Shown: positions 12,135 through 24,557 of the stretch, in pieces
Position numbering within the stretch: the first letter of the stretch is position 1
How the letters are laid out: each line of letters opens with the position of its first letter
Origin: Mobula hypostoma
Lineage: Eukaryota
Reading direction: 5' to 3'
Assembly: GCF_963921235.1 (NCBI RefSeq)
Contig: NC_086097.1
Coordinates: 46,998,001 to 47,062,000 of the forward strand
DNA length: 64,000 nt
Position numbers and translations under genes: made by a program
Notes under the pieces: generated by a model
The model's database searches: none
What the model was told of the DNA's origin: nothing
What the model saw: the letters and a program-made list of their open reading frames with translations, nothing else

Positions 12135-12760
12135 TTAGATTTTTAGATTAGATTATGAGGACACACAGTCCTCTTTTATTATCATTTAGTAATGCATGCA
12201 TTAAGAAATGATACAATGTTCCTCCAGAATGATATCACAGAAACACAAGACAAACCGACTGAAAAACTGACAAAAACTACATAATTATAACATACAGTTA
12301 CAACAGTGCAAAGCAATACCATAATTTGATAAAGAACAGACCATGGGCACGGTAAAGAAAAAGTCTCAATGTCTCTCGAAAGACCCATCATCTCATGCAG
12401 ACGGTAGAAGGAAGAAAAAAAAACTCTCCCTGCCATGAACCTCCAGCGCCGCAAACTTGCTGATGCAGCACCCTGGAAGCACCCGACCACAGCCGACTCT
12501 TGAGTCCATCCGAAAACTTCGAGCTTCTGACACCGAGCGCCATCTCTGCCGAGCGCTTCGACCTCGGCCCCGGCAACAGGCAAAGCTGAGGATCTGGGGC
12601 CTTCCCCTCCGGAGATTCTCAATTGCACAGTAGCAGCGGCAGCGAAGCGGGCATTTCAGAAGTTTCTCCAGATGTTCCTCCGTGCTTCTCACGTCTGTCT
12701 CTATCAAATCAGGATTGTGCACGGCCCCTACTTACAATTACGATATCATTTTGGAGCGGC
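12135..12760 (-). mobile_element. Non-LTR element 3' UTR with an (AATCT)n-like tail
   Basis: CpG-rich block with a ttagatttttagattagatt microsatellite at its left end; family uncertain. Confidence 0.5.
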
Positions 12761-13077
12761 CGAATATGGTGTTAATGGGAAATGCTACATTTTGGGAGAA
12801 ACAGCATTAGAAGGTGGGGGGTATAAATAAAATTCTACTAATTTTAACAGATTGATAAAGGACATTGACTTAAATTGAATATTCAATTCCTTGATTTGCA
12901 TTTTTGAAGGTGGTAGATAGGCATCTTAGCGACACTTAAATTGATTTCAATCTGGTTTTGGAAAGTACATAGGCTTACCAGATTAATATTGATAAGAACA
13001 TTTTGCATTTAGCAACAGGATGTTTTCTTTCATGTTGAATGTACGTCACAGATCATAGATTGAAATTATTGGCAAAA

Positions 13078-13787
13078 AAACATAGAAACATAGAAAACCT
13101 ACAGCACAATACAGGCCCTGTGGCCCACAAAGCTGTGCTGAACGTGTCCTTACCTTAGAATTACCTAGGCTTACCCAGAGCCCTCTATTTTTCTAAGCTC
13201 CTTGTACCCATCCAGGAGTCTCTTAAAAGACCCTATTGTTTCTGCCTCCACCACTGCCACCAGCAGCCCATTTCACACACTCACCAAAAAAAAAACAAAC
13301 TAACAAACTTACCCCTGACATCTCCTTTATACCTACTTCAAGCACCTTAAACTGTGCCCTCTTGTGCTAGCCATTTCAGCCTTGGGGAAAAAGGCCTCTG
13401 ACTATCCACACGATCAATGCCTTTCATTATCTTGTACACCTCTATCAGGTCACCTCTCATCCTCTGTCGCTCCAAGGAGAAAAGGCCAAGTTCACTCAAC
13501 CAATTCTCATAAGGCATGCTCTCCAACCCAGGCAACATCCTTGTAAATCTCCTCTGCACCCTTTCTATGGTTTCCATGTCCTTCCTGTAGTGAGGCGACC
13601 AGAACTGAGCACAGTACTCTTAAGTGGGGTCTGACCAGGGTCCTAGCTAGCTGCAACATTACCTCTCGGCTCTTAAATTCAATCCCACGATTGATGAAGG
13701 CCAATGCATCGTATGCCTTCTTAATCACAGAGTCGACCTGCATAACAGCTTTGAGTGTCCTATGGACTCTGACCCCAAGATCCCTCT
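13078..13787 (-). mobile_element. CR1 LINE 3' fragment
   Basis: ORFs ERVQRRFTRMLPGL...RMRGDLIEVYKIM and AFINRGIEFKSREVML; tail appears as (catagaaa)n on +. Confidence 0.92.
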
Positions 13788-13879
13788 TAATTTTAAGTTC
13801 AGTTGTTTTGATTAATTATGTAAGGAATGAAAAGCTACAGCGAATCTTAAATTTTTCTAGAAATCCATTTGGTCCATTA

Positions 13880-14652
13880 ATGGTGGTGGGACACTGGGGT
13901 GTCATCTCATCGTCATCTGTTTCCATTAGGATAGGCAGGTCATCTTCTTCTATGTCTGCCTGCCTCCATGTCGAAGGTCGAGGTTCGTCGTCTGCTGTGG
14001 CTGATGTGGAAGGCTTGCTTGACTGCTCAGCCTCGCGCATTTCTCTATCATACAGTTCTTTGTAAGCACTCAAACCATCTTGCAAATATGCCCTAAACCA
14101 ATGTACCCTTTCAAAATTAAAGTCGTACTTTATCATTGCAGCGAAAACCTCACGCAGTCACTTTCGGTCCGTTCTCCACTGCATTCGGTTTCGATTGTTA
14201 TCCTTTCCTCTTCCAATTGCATCAGCTCGTCATCTATCAGTTCTTGGTCATGGGATGCCGAAACCTCTTCAACATCATCTTCGTCAGCTTCCACAAGCCA
14301 AACTCACTTTGTCCTTACTCCGTTCACAACGATCGAAACGCTTAATTATGTCCAGTTTTACGCTAAGTGTAACACCCTTACGAACTCTTTTAGGCTTTTC
14401 CGATACCATCTTGCAAACGGATGCTCACAGGCACGTGTTTAAGCAATGCCGGCGAGAATGCTGTTCCAATTCCTGGGGAAGAGCGGCTGCTCGGGGCGCG
14501 CGCTGATTTTTTTCGTGCGCTGCTTTTTCCACGCACTGCCTTTTTTCGTAACAGTGAAAACACCTTCTGTTAGCGAAAACAGGGAACTAATGTTGGTCTT
14601 TCGTAACAGTGAGGTTTTGTAAAGTGAATGTTCGAAAAGCAGAGGACACCTG
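13880..14652 (-). mobile_element. Tigger/pogo-like DNA transposon derivative, one end retained
   Basis: Terminus ...ggacacctg|TA at 14652-14654. Internal sequence is near-identical to 34000-34570 and encodes an acidic transposase C-terminal remnant. Confidence 0.72.
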
Positions 14653-16037
14653 TACAGCCATTTTCAGCAATGTGATTGACTATAAATACTGCACAAGAGG
14701 AATAGATGTAGGAATAAATACTGCACTGAGTTCAAATGTGGCTAATGTGCACAAGAAGTAATTCAGACCTCCTCCAGAAATGCTCTTGGTTGCCTTCTCC
14801 AACAGAATTGATGGGAAATGATTAATCAACACACTGGGGACTATGCTTTTAGATTTTTCTCACATAAATTGGAACTGGCTGTCATATGGAACCAAGCAAC
14901 AAATTTAGAACCTATCAAATTGCCAAGTATTATTTTTTTTTGAAAATCTTGCAGTTTGGAAGCTTTCTTCGTTCACACAGTCAGTTATACAAGATCTGGA
15001 TTAAAGTTTCTAAATTTAAGATGTTTAAAAAATACATTGTTATGTAAACTTCCCTGCAACATAATTTTAAAAATTAAAGGAAATTGTTCAAAAAATGTTG
15101 ATGTTTTTGATACATTAATCAAACTTGTTCCATTCTTTAATTAGCACCATACTTTAAACATTGGTTAAAAATTGCAGTTTTTCCCTTTTATGTCCATTCT
15201 TAAGGATTCTCTACTGTGATTGGCTGTTCAGTTAACTTAGTGACATTTGATTGCTGAATGTATTTGGATGCATTTGAACTGACACCTGATAGCAACAGGT
15301 GCTGGAAAAGAGGATGGTCTCATCAAGGACATTCTTTTAACACCAGCAGCAAGTACCATTGACCATAGGTACCGTGCCACAGTCTGAGCAGATCATCTTG
15401 AAAGTATTTTCAGAATGTGTTCTCCAAGAAAATGATCCACTACAACAAAATAAATCTGAATTCATGACTAATACAAAGGAAGTTATCAGCAAAAAATAGA
15501 TTTTACAGATCATGTCATTTTTGGCAGAAGTAAAGAATTATAAGTAAATTTTTTGCAAGCTGAGAGGTTGAACAAAGTTGGAATGCATTTACTGGTGTGT
15601 TGGTTGCTGAAATGCATGCTAACAAAAGTTTAAAATTGAGAGACATATTGATTAATCTATTTTCCCCGGGAAGGAAATGTCATGCTAGGTGGTGTAGCTT
15701 TAAGGTGGGGGAGGGGGGAATTTTAAAGAAGATTTATAAGCAAGTATATTTACAGAGTGGTAGATGCTTGGAACGCAGTGCAAGGGAAGGTGGTAGAAGC
15801 GCGTGTGAACAGGCAGGGATACGGGCCATCTGCAGGCCGATAGGATTAGTTTGTCAGCATGTGGATACCATAGGCAAGGTGGGTTGTAGGGCCTATTCTT
15901 ATGCTGTGCTTTATTTGTGTTGGGAAGTATTCTGGAGTTTTATGAATATAGTAGAGATTAATTTAAGAACAAACCAGTCTTCAGTTTGTAATGTAAATTG
16001 GAAGCATTAAATTGAAGTTAAAAACGCACTTCTGCTA

Positions 16038-16835
16038 TGTCTGTGGAGCACAGACTGCCCCACAGGCTAAGAGATATGGTTTGCAAAACAATGACCATGA
16101 GATGTTTGCATGTGCATCAGCCAAATGTTACGTCAGTGGGGTTGAGTTTATTGGCTTAAATCAATCCAGGGTTTGAGTGATGGGTTTCAGTAATATACAT
16201 CATTGTCAACAGGTTCAAAGAAGCTTGCAATTAATTGGCTTGTACCAGCAAAGGAACATTTAGAGATATCCCCCCCCACCACCTCCACTGTAGATATACA
16301 ACTTCAAGGAAGCATTGTCAACCCAAAGAATTGAAGTAAACAATGTCATTGTAACTATTTAAATTGTATTCAATCACTGACTGTTACCTTTGATCTTTTA
16401 TTTTTTAATTTTAGAGATACAGTACAGTAACAGGCCCTTCTGGCCCAGCAAGCCCAAGCTGCCCAGATATACTTGTGCAACCAATTTAACTACTAACCTG
16501 TGCGCCTTTGGAATGTGGGAGGAAACTCAAAGCACCCAGGTGAAACTCACATGGTCACAAGGATAATGTACAAACTCCTTACAGACAGCAGCGGGAATTG
16601 AACCTGGATCACTGGTGCCGTAATACTGTTGCACTGACTGCAATGCTACCATGCAGCCCCTTAAATAGAGAGGGTATAATAGAAAATTAAGGGTATAACA
16701 ATGTGATGTACTTTGAGTTTGTGAGACTCTACTTTGAGCGGGTCTCCATGAGAATGCCTGCTTTTTGTGATGAATAAAGACTTCTGTATCACCAGCTTCA
16801 GTGTCTCTCCAGTGACTTCCATCATGGTCACAACA
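16038..16835 (+). mobile_element. Possible solo LTR, interrupted by a SINE
   Basis: TGTCTGTG...CACAACA inverted ends, AATAAA at about 16773 followed by an R/U5-like tract, and cta on both flanks. Confidence 0.35.
16405..16660 (-). mobile_element. tRNA-derived V-SINE (HE1-like)
   Basis: Minus-strand A-box/B-box head (ggttcaattccc), central ggtgctttgagtttcctcccacattccaaa domain, and CR1-like tail gaagggcctgttactgtactgtatctcta. Confidence 0.8.
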
Positions 16836-17171
16836 CTATATTGAAATGTCTCAGATGTGGCTTAGATACTTAAATTATAATTTTGGCACTCTATCCATTG
16901 ATCAGAGGATTTCAAAGATTCACTGCCCTCTTCATGAACCAATTTGTTCTCTGTCCTGATGCCTTATTTTAAGACTGAGCCCTGAAGCTGGACTTTTACC
17001 TGGTTAAGCTCTGTAAGCACTTTGTACACTTCTTCCGAATTTGATAGAGCATAAAGCCAGTCTGCTTAATCTGTTTTTATGTAGGAAACCCGCTGTCCCA
17101 GAAATTAATCTGACGAGTCTTCCCTGCATTTGCTTTATCACAAGCATTAAGGAATCTTCAGCTGTACATTT

Positions 17172-17370
17172 GGAGCGGCACAGTAGTGTATCACTATTAC
17201 AGCGCCAGTGACCTAGAATCAGTCCCACCACGGTCTGTAAGGAGTTTGTACGTTCTCTCCGTGACCCCGTGGTGCTGCAGTTTCCTCCCATATTCCAAAG
17301 ATGTGTGGGTTAGTAGGTTAATTGGTCACATGGGTGTAATTGAGCAGCATGGACTCTTTGGGCTGGAAGA
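17172..17370 (+). mobile_element. V-SINE (HE1-like)
   Basis: ggagtttgtacgttctctcc...gtttcctcccatattccaaagatgtgtgggttagtaggttaattgg, same family as 16405. Confidence 0.75.
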
Positions 17371-17884
17371 ACCTGAACCTATACCTCTAGATCTAAAATC
17401 TTCTACCTGGCCCAGCTGGATCAACACATCTGTGCTCCTGTATTCAAATCCACAGGAAAGTAAAGAAATACAATGGAATTTATGACAAACTACACATAAA
17501 CAAGCAACCAGTGATTTTGTGTGCAAATCACTCCACATAGAAAATGTTGGGAAATTTCAGCTGGTTAAGCAGCTGTAGCGAATAAACAGCAGTTAATGCT
17601 TTAGTTTCACAATTCTTAGTTTGAATGGAGGATAAAGGAAAAACATATCATTTCAATTGCAGAATATGTTGGGGAGAAGTATCATTGAGAGAGTAAGACA
17701 GGCCTTGAAGACTGTAACGTGCCCAAACAGAAGATGAAGTGTCACTCCTCAAGAAGAACAGTTTGAGCCTCATTGTAGGAGATCACAGACAGATAGGAGT
17801 GAGTAAGATGGAGAAATCAGAAATTCAAGGTCACTTCTGCAAAGTAAGTGCAGTGCTGCACAGGCAATCACCCTGTCTGTGTTT

Positions 17885-18790
17885 GGATTCATCATTGGAG
17901 TGCATCTTTGAAGAGGTAACTAAGGGGACAGATGAAGGCAGGGCCTTGGATGTCATCTGTATGGACTTGAAGCCTTTATCAAGGTCCTACATGGTAGGTT
18001 GATCTGGAAGGTTAGGTTAGATGAGATTCAGGAAGCTCACAAGGTTGATTCAGAATTGTTTTGTCGATGGGAAGCAGAGGGTGATGGTTGAAGGTTAATT
18101 CTCTGGTAGGAGGCCTGCAGCTAGTGGGGTGCCCAAGGGTTGATTAGCAAGTTTGCTAATGATAATTACGTTAGGGAGGTCTTGTTGACAGTGAAGCAGG
18201 TTACAAGAATTTGCAAGGAGTCTTTCATGAGTTGGGGAGATAGGTTGTTGAATGGCAAATGGATTTCACCATAGATAAGCGTGAGGTGATGCATTTTGGT
18301 GAAGCTGCTCCTGAAGTAGTGTACAGTTTTGATCACCCTGTTACAGGAACGACATTGTCAAGCTGGATATGGTACAGAAGAGATTGACGAGGATGCTATT
18401 TGGACTAGAACACCTCTGAATTGTAGGGAGATACTGAATCTTAATTCTGTGAAGCACAGGAGAATGAGGGGTGTGAGTGAGGTGGACAATCATAGCTTTT
18501 CCCCAGGATTGGGAGTACAAAACTAGAAAGCCCAGATACAAGGTAAGGGGGTAGAGATTTGAGAGGTAACTTCTTTACACACAGGGTAGTAAGTTCCTGG
18601 AGTGAGCTGCCAGAGAGGTGGGTACAATTGCAACATTTAAGAGGCATCTGGATAGATACATGGGGGGGTGGGGGGGCGGGTTTGCTCCGAGAGTTATGGT
18701 TCAAGTGCAGGCTACTGGGACTAGCAGAGAGAATGTTATGCTCGGCTTTGGCCAATTGGACTGAAGGGCTATTCTCATGCTGTATTTCTC
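17885..18790 (+). mobile_element. CR1 LINE, heavily decayed
   Basis: FEEVTK..DEGRALDV.CMD and FFTHRVVSSWSELP remnants plus a CR1 3' UTR. Confidence 0.75.
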
Positions 18791-18929
18791 GGCATGAATG
18801 TAGATAAGACCGTACGTGAACCTGAATGCAGTACATCAGATGAAGGAAGAATGAATCACTGTCACCTCAAGAGTTTAGATCCTGGCAATGGATAGGGAAG
18901 AAATGAAAGCTCTGATCCCATCTTACTGC

Positions 18930-20045
18930 CGGTCCTGGGTCCAGGACGCAAGTCCAATTATGAAGAAAGCACAACAATGCCTCTACTTCCTTAGAAGTTT
19001 GCGAAGATTCAGCATGACATCTAACACTTTGACAAATTTCTATAGATATGTAATAGGGAGTATATTGACTGGCTGCATCACAGCCTGGTATAGAAACACC
19101 AATGCTCTTGAACAGCAAATCCTACAAAAGGTAGTGGATATTTCCGAGTATATCACGGATAAAGCCCTCCCCACCATTGAGCATACCTGCAGAGTGTTGT
19201 CACAGGAAAGCAGCACTCATCATCAGGGATCCCCACCACCCAGATTGCTGCTGCCATTGGGAACGTTGTACAGGAGCCTCAGTTCTCACACCAGCAGGTC
19301 CAGGAACAGTTATTACCCTTCAACCATCAGGTTGTTGACCCAGAGGGATAACCTCACTTGCCCCATGACTGAACTGTTTCCACAACCTATGGGCACAATT
19401 TCAAGGACACTTCATCTCATATTCTTGATACTTATTATTAGTATTATTATTATTTTTTTTTGTATTTGCACAGTTTGTTGTCTTTTGCACACTAGTTGTC
19501 CGGTTGGTGTGGTCTTTCATTGATTCTGTTATGGTTATTGGATTATTGAATATGCCCACAAGAAAATGAATCTTGGTTGCATATGGTGACATGTATGCAC
19601 TTTCATTATAAATTTACTTTTGAAGTGTGAACTTTGTGGACTGAATCAAAGGTGATGACAAATCAGCACATAGGGAGATTGAAAATTTGATTGAATGGTG
19701 CCACAACAACTTCTCACTCGGTCAGCAAAACCAAAGAGCTGATTATTGGCCGCAGGAGTAAAATGGAGGTCCATAAGCCAGGAATCATTGGGGATCAGAG
19801 GTAGGGAGGGTCAGCAACTTTAAATTCCTCTACAACTTGAGCTCTTGATATTTATTGATTATTTATTACTTTTTTTTGTATTTCAACACTCTTTTTGCAC
19901 AATGGTTTTTTGTCCATCACTTGTGTGCAATTTTTCATTGATCCTGCTGTGTTTTGTATTTACTATGAATGCCCTCAAGAAAATGAATCTCAGGGTAGTA
20001 TATGGTGACACATATGCATTTTGATAATTTTGAACTTTTGATAAA
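18930..20045 (+). mobile_element. Rex1/Babar-type LINE 3' fragments (two adjacent pieces)
   Basis: KKAQQCLYFLRSLRRF..LTNFYRY.IGSILTGCITAWY and RNSYYPSTIRLL; each piece ends aagaaaatgaatct...tttgaactttg. Confidence 0.82.
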
Positions 20046-20389
20046 GTGTTGCAAGTCCTGTGGTTGAAAGTGCATTATGACTCAGTAATCCATGGAAATG
20101 GAAGAGCAGACAAGTGAGTTGTGAATGAAACAACCTCTATCAAATGCTAGGAAGTGAAGGCACCTTGTTAGACCTAGAAGAAATAGTAAAGGAACCTTTT
20201 TGATCTTTTGCTCAAAATCTTTACACTCTATATAAACTTTCTGTGGATTAAATTCTTTTTGCAGTTTTCTGGCTAACCACACACAGTTTACATCCTCCAG
20301 TTTAAAATCTATCTCAATGACTTTGATTTTTATTACTACTTGTAGGTGGCTTTAATGTTAAAAGTTTCCAGTAATAAAAGCACCTGTTA

Positions 20390-20846
20390 ATATTCCGTCT
20401 GGGTAGCCTCCAACCTGAGGGCATGAACATCGACTTCTCTAACTTCCGCTAATGCCCCACCTCCCCCTCGTACCCCATCCGTTATTTATTTTTATACTCA
20501 CATTCGTTCTCTCACTCTCCTTTTTCTCCCTCTGTCCCTCTGACTATACCCCTTGCCCATTCTCTGGGTTCCCCTTCATCCCCTGTCTTTCTCCCTGGAC
20601 CTCCTGTCCCATGATCCTCTCATATCCCCTTTGCCAATCACCTGTCCAGCTCTTGGTTCCATCCCTCCCCCTCCTGTCGTCTCCTATCATTTTGGATCTC
20701 CCCCTCCCCCTCCCCCTTTCAAATCTCTTACTCACTATTCCTTCAGTTAGTCCTGACGAAAGGTCTCGGCCTGAAACGTCGACTGTACCTCTTCCTAGAG
20801 ATGCTGCCTGGCCTGCTGCGTTTGCCAGCAATTTTGATGTGTGTTG
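20390..20846 (+). mobile_element. Penelope-like element 3' end / pseudo-LTR
   Basis: Encodes IFRLGSLQPEGMNIDFSNFR*, then the pyrimidine tract and an intact hammerhead motif; taatatt at both ends may be a TSD. Confidence 0.82.
20749..20784 (+). ncRNA. Minimal type I hammerhead ribozyme motif, intact core
   Basis: agtc-CTGACGA-a-aggtc(tc)ggcct-GAAA-cg-TC-gact: stem I agtc/gact, 5-bp stem II, palindromic ACGT stem III, GUC cleavage triplet. Confidence 0.75.
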
Positions 20847-21702
20847 GTAATATTACCCTCTGCTTCCTGCCACTAGCTGAAATGCACAGATTACGTACGT
20901 GCATGGTGTCTTTTCCTCCACAAAAAATTCACTTAATAGTTAGATATGACTTACCCCACACATCCATTGTAACTGTCATTGATTGCTCGCAGCTTCAATT
21001 ATAAGGGAACTTCAAACTTGCTTTTGAGAACTAAGATTTTGAGTCTTAACATTTTTGTTCTAAATATTTATGAATTAGGCCAAATTGAGCAGGATTAGGT
21101 CTCCTGATGTTTATTCTCCACTCAGGAATATCTGGCACAGACATCCCACTGTCTTTGGAAGGTGTTTATCAAGGCCTCAGAGTTGACTGGGCATTGACGT
21201 ACATATGGAGCTCTCTGCCATGAATGTCCTGAGAGCCTTGGATAGGAAATAAAGCTAAGGCTGGACCTTTACTTTCTGTCAAAGATGAGAGCTACCTTGT
21301 AGTTTTCTTTGATTAAGAAATATCCTAAAACTCATACAATTAGTTTTGTAAAAACTATTAGAATAACCTATTAAGTTTTGAAAATTAAAAAGACTCAAAT
21401 TGTGATGAAGTATTAATTTTTTTGTAATCTTGTCAGGAATCCACTTTGTGAATAGTTGTGCCGGCATTGAATTGCTACAATCCAGATGGATCAAAACCGA
21501 GTTTTAATAACAGTTAACATAAACTGGTAGCCCCTTAATGCATGCATATGTAGATAAATTCAAGTTAGTATCTGATTACTTGATTAAATTTCAAAGTACA
21601 TTTATTATTTAAATATGTATACTATATACAACCTTGAGGTTTGTCTCCTTAAAGGCTGCCACAAAACAAAGAAATACAATGAAACCCATGTAAAAAAAAG
21701 AC

Positions 21703-21873
21703 GCAAACAACAGGAATTCTGCAGATGCTGGAAATTCAAGCAACACACATCAAAGTTGCTGGTGAACGCAGAACGCAGCAGACCCTTCGTCACGGCCTGA
21801 AACGTCGACTGTACCTCTTCCTAGAGATGCTGCCCGGCCTGCTGCGTTCGCCAGCAACTTTGATGTGTGTTGC
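21703..21873. mobile_element. Two inverted Penelope terminal-repeat stubs inserted as one unit
   Basis: Inverted arms at 21739-21771 and 21842-21874, flanked by the TSD t(a)8gac / t(a)9gac. Confidence 0.75.
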
Positions 21874-21983
21874 TAAAAAAAAAGACCACTGTCAAGCACC
21901 CAAAGAAACAAACAAATCGTGCAAACAATAAAGCTATGCTGAGTGCCACCAGTGCCATCTTAAACTACCATAAACTTATGTAA

Positions 21984-22043
21984 AGGAAATGTTCATTTTC
22001 AATGGAAATGCACAGGAAATGTTCATTTTCAATGGAAATGCAC
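21984..22043 (+). repeat. 30-bp perfect tandem duplication
   Basis: aggaaatgttcattttcaatggaaatgcac occurs twice in a row. Confidence 0.95.
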
Positions 22044-23668
22044 ATTCAAGTAGTGTTTGCATAATTTTATTTTAAGAATGCTAATGCAAAATGAAAATAA
22101 CTGAAAGTGAATAGTAAAATAAACAGAAAATCCCATATTTTAAAGTGCCAGAGTTCACTTAAGTCTTGACCAAGAAGGCAACTTTGCTAACTTCTATCTT
22201 TATAAGAGTAGAACTTATGATATGAAAGGCATTTGAATCCTGCGTGGATTTTGAAGATTCTTTTATTTTGAAAGGGAACTTGTTTCTACTGATTTGATCT
22301 TTTATCACCTTGAAGGGAGATTTAGTACTTCAGCAAAGACTGCAAGTTGCTGTATGAATTCTGTATCTTGCTGATCCTCCATCTTTGTGGTCAAATCCTC
22401 AATACCACATCCTGTGGATGTACTTAGAGGTAATGATCATGAGCTAATAACAGTTATTTAGCTAAATTCCGTACAGTACATCAGAGGCAATTAAAATGGC
22501 CCACAAGGCAAAGCTCAGGTTTCAAAGTTTGTGAACGGCCTTGGGAAATGGTTCATTTTCCTTGACCTTGTAGTCTCATTGTTATCTTGAAATGCAGTTG
22601 CATTTCACCTATTCCAGTGGTGGAAGAATTGCCACATGACTTGGTGGGTAGAAGAGAGGCTTGCATTCATTCAGAATATCTGAAATCACCTCACAGTCAG
22701 TGTTGTGCCTTCGTAGTGCACTAAGTAGTGATCTATTATAAGGATACAGCAGTTTATTTGTGCATAACAAATGCCCACAAGCAGCATCTGATAATATAGT
22801 TATTTAGGTCTTGTTGATGTATTGGCCTAGATATTGTTATAACAAACAATTTAATAAAATAAAACACCTTCATTCCTGGAGCAGTCTGCTGATGCTACAT
22901 TGGGATGTCAACCTAGAAAAATGGCCTTAAAAATGTGTCGTTTAAAAAAAGTTTACATAGAAATCCATTGAAAATTGCACACTTGGGCATTTAAATTAAT
23001 GTACCTTTTTAACAAGAAAGTGAAATTAAATATAAACTGCATAAAAATAGGTAATTAAAATTAGGCATTTATCTTCAATATTATAAGTAATTTAAAAGCA
23101 ATACAGTTTTACCCAATTGCTTTATTTATTATTTTATTTTAATTTTTTTCCCTCAGGATGATAATGGTCCTTAGTTGTTCTTGAAGTGATGATCCGCTTT
23201 AAATTTCTCAGGGTGACAAAGGTACTTGTTTGTCAGGCAGGGAATTATTGCCTAGAATCCAGTGATAGAAGATTGAGGATTGATACAAGTCAGGATTCTG
23301 TGACTTTTATGGAATTCGATGGTAGTCCCAAAAGTTGAAAGTAAATTTATTAAAATACGTACACTCTGTGTGGCCACTTTATTAGGTGCACCTGTACACC
23401 TGTTTATTAATACAAATATTGAATCACCCAATCATGTGGCAGCCACGTAATGCATAAAAATGTAGAGCCGGTTGTTGTTCAGACCAAACATTAGAATGGG
23501 GAAGAAATGTGATCAGTGACTTTAACCTTGAAATGATTGTTGGTGCCAGATGGAGTGGTTTGCTTATGTCAGGAGCTGCTGATCTCCTGCAGTTTTCTTG
23601 CACAACAATCTCGAATTTACAGAGAATGATGCGAAAAAAGTCGCGTGAGAAGCAGTTATGTGGGTGAA

Positions 23669-24127
23669 GCAACACACATCAAAGTTGCTGGTGAATGCAG
23701 CAGGCCAGGCAGCATCTCTAGGAAGAGGTGCAGTCGACGTTTCAGGCCAAGACCCTTCGTCAGGACTAACTGAAGGAAGAGTGAGTAAGGGATTTGAAAG
23801 TGAGAGGGGGAGGGGGAGATGCAAAATGATAGGAGAAGACAGGAGGGGGAGGGATAGAGCCAAGAGCTGGACAGGTGATAGGCAAAAGGGGATAAGAGAG
23901 GATCATGGGACAGGAGGTCTGGGAAGAAAGACGGGGGGGGGGACCCAGAGGATGGGCAAGGGGTATATTCAGAGGGACAGAGGGAGAAAAAGGAGAGTGA
24001 AAGAAAGAATGTGTGCATAAAAATAAGTAACAGATGGGGTACGAGGGGGAGGTGGGGCCTTAGCGGAAGTTAGAGAAGTCGATGTTCATGCCATCAGGTT
24101 GGAGGTTACCCAGACGGAATATAAGGT
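23669..24127 (-). mobile_element. Penelope-like element 3' end / pseudo-LTR
   Basis: 14-bp TSD gttatgtgggtgaa at 23655-23668 and 24128-24141; encodes HLIFRLGNLQPDGMNIDFSNFR* on -. Confidence 0.85.
23732..23767 (-). ncRNA. Minimal hammerhead ribozyme motif, intact core
   Basis: Reverse complement reads agtc-CTGACGA-a-gggtc(tt)ggcct-GAAA-cg-TC-gact. Confidence 0.72.
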
Positions 24128-24557
24128 GTTATGTGGGTGAAAATGGTTTGTTAATGAGCTGTCAGAGGAGAATGGCCAGACTGGTTCAAGCTGCCAGGAG
24201 GGTGACAATGACTCAAATAATGATGCGCTACAGTATTGGTGTGTAGAAGAGCACCTCTGAATGCACACCACGTCAAACCTTGAAGTGGATAGGCTACAGC
24301 AGCAGAAGACCACACTGGGTTTCACTCTGGTACCTAAACAAGTGACCACCATATACTACCCTGAGATTCATTTTCTTATGGGCATTCATAGTAGATACAA
24401 AGAAACACGATGGAATCAATGAAAAATTACACACAAAAACAGGCACGCAACCAGTGTGTGTAAGGAGACAAACTGCAATTGCAAAATAATAAATAATATT
24501 GAGAACATGAGTTTGTAGAGCCCTTGAAAGTGAGTCCATAGAAAGTGAGTCCAGTTG

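Larger units (their letters stand above)
23363..24350 (+). mobile_element. Tc1-like non-autonomous element, interrupted by a Penelope insert
   Basis: Left end gtggccactttattaggtgcac versus right end gtacctaaacaagtgaccac (imperfect TIR). HTH-like remnant with MIVGAR near 23533. Confidence 0.65.

Noticed and set aside
16590..16660. tRNA genes at SINE heads (also about 40680-40738 and 57180-57245)
   Set aside because: Only A/B-box remnants fused to SINE bodies; no complete cloverleaf.
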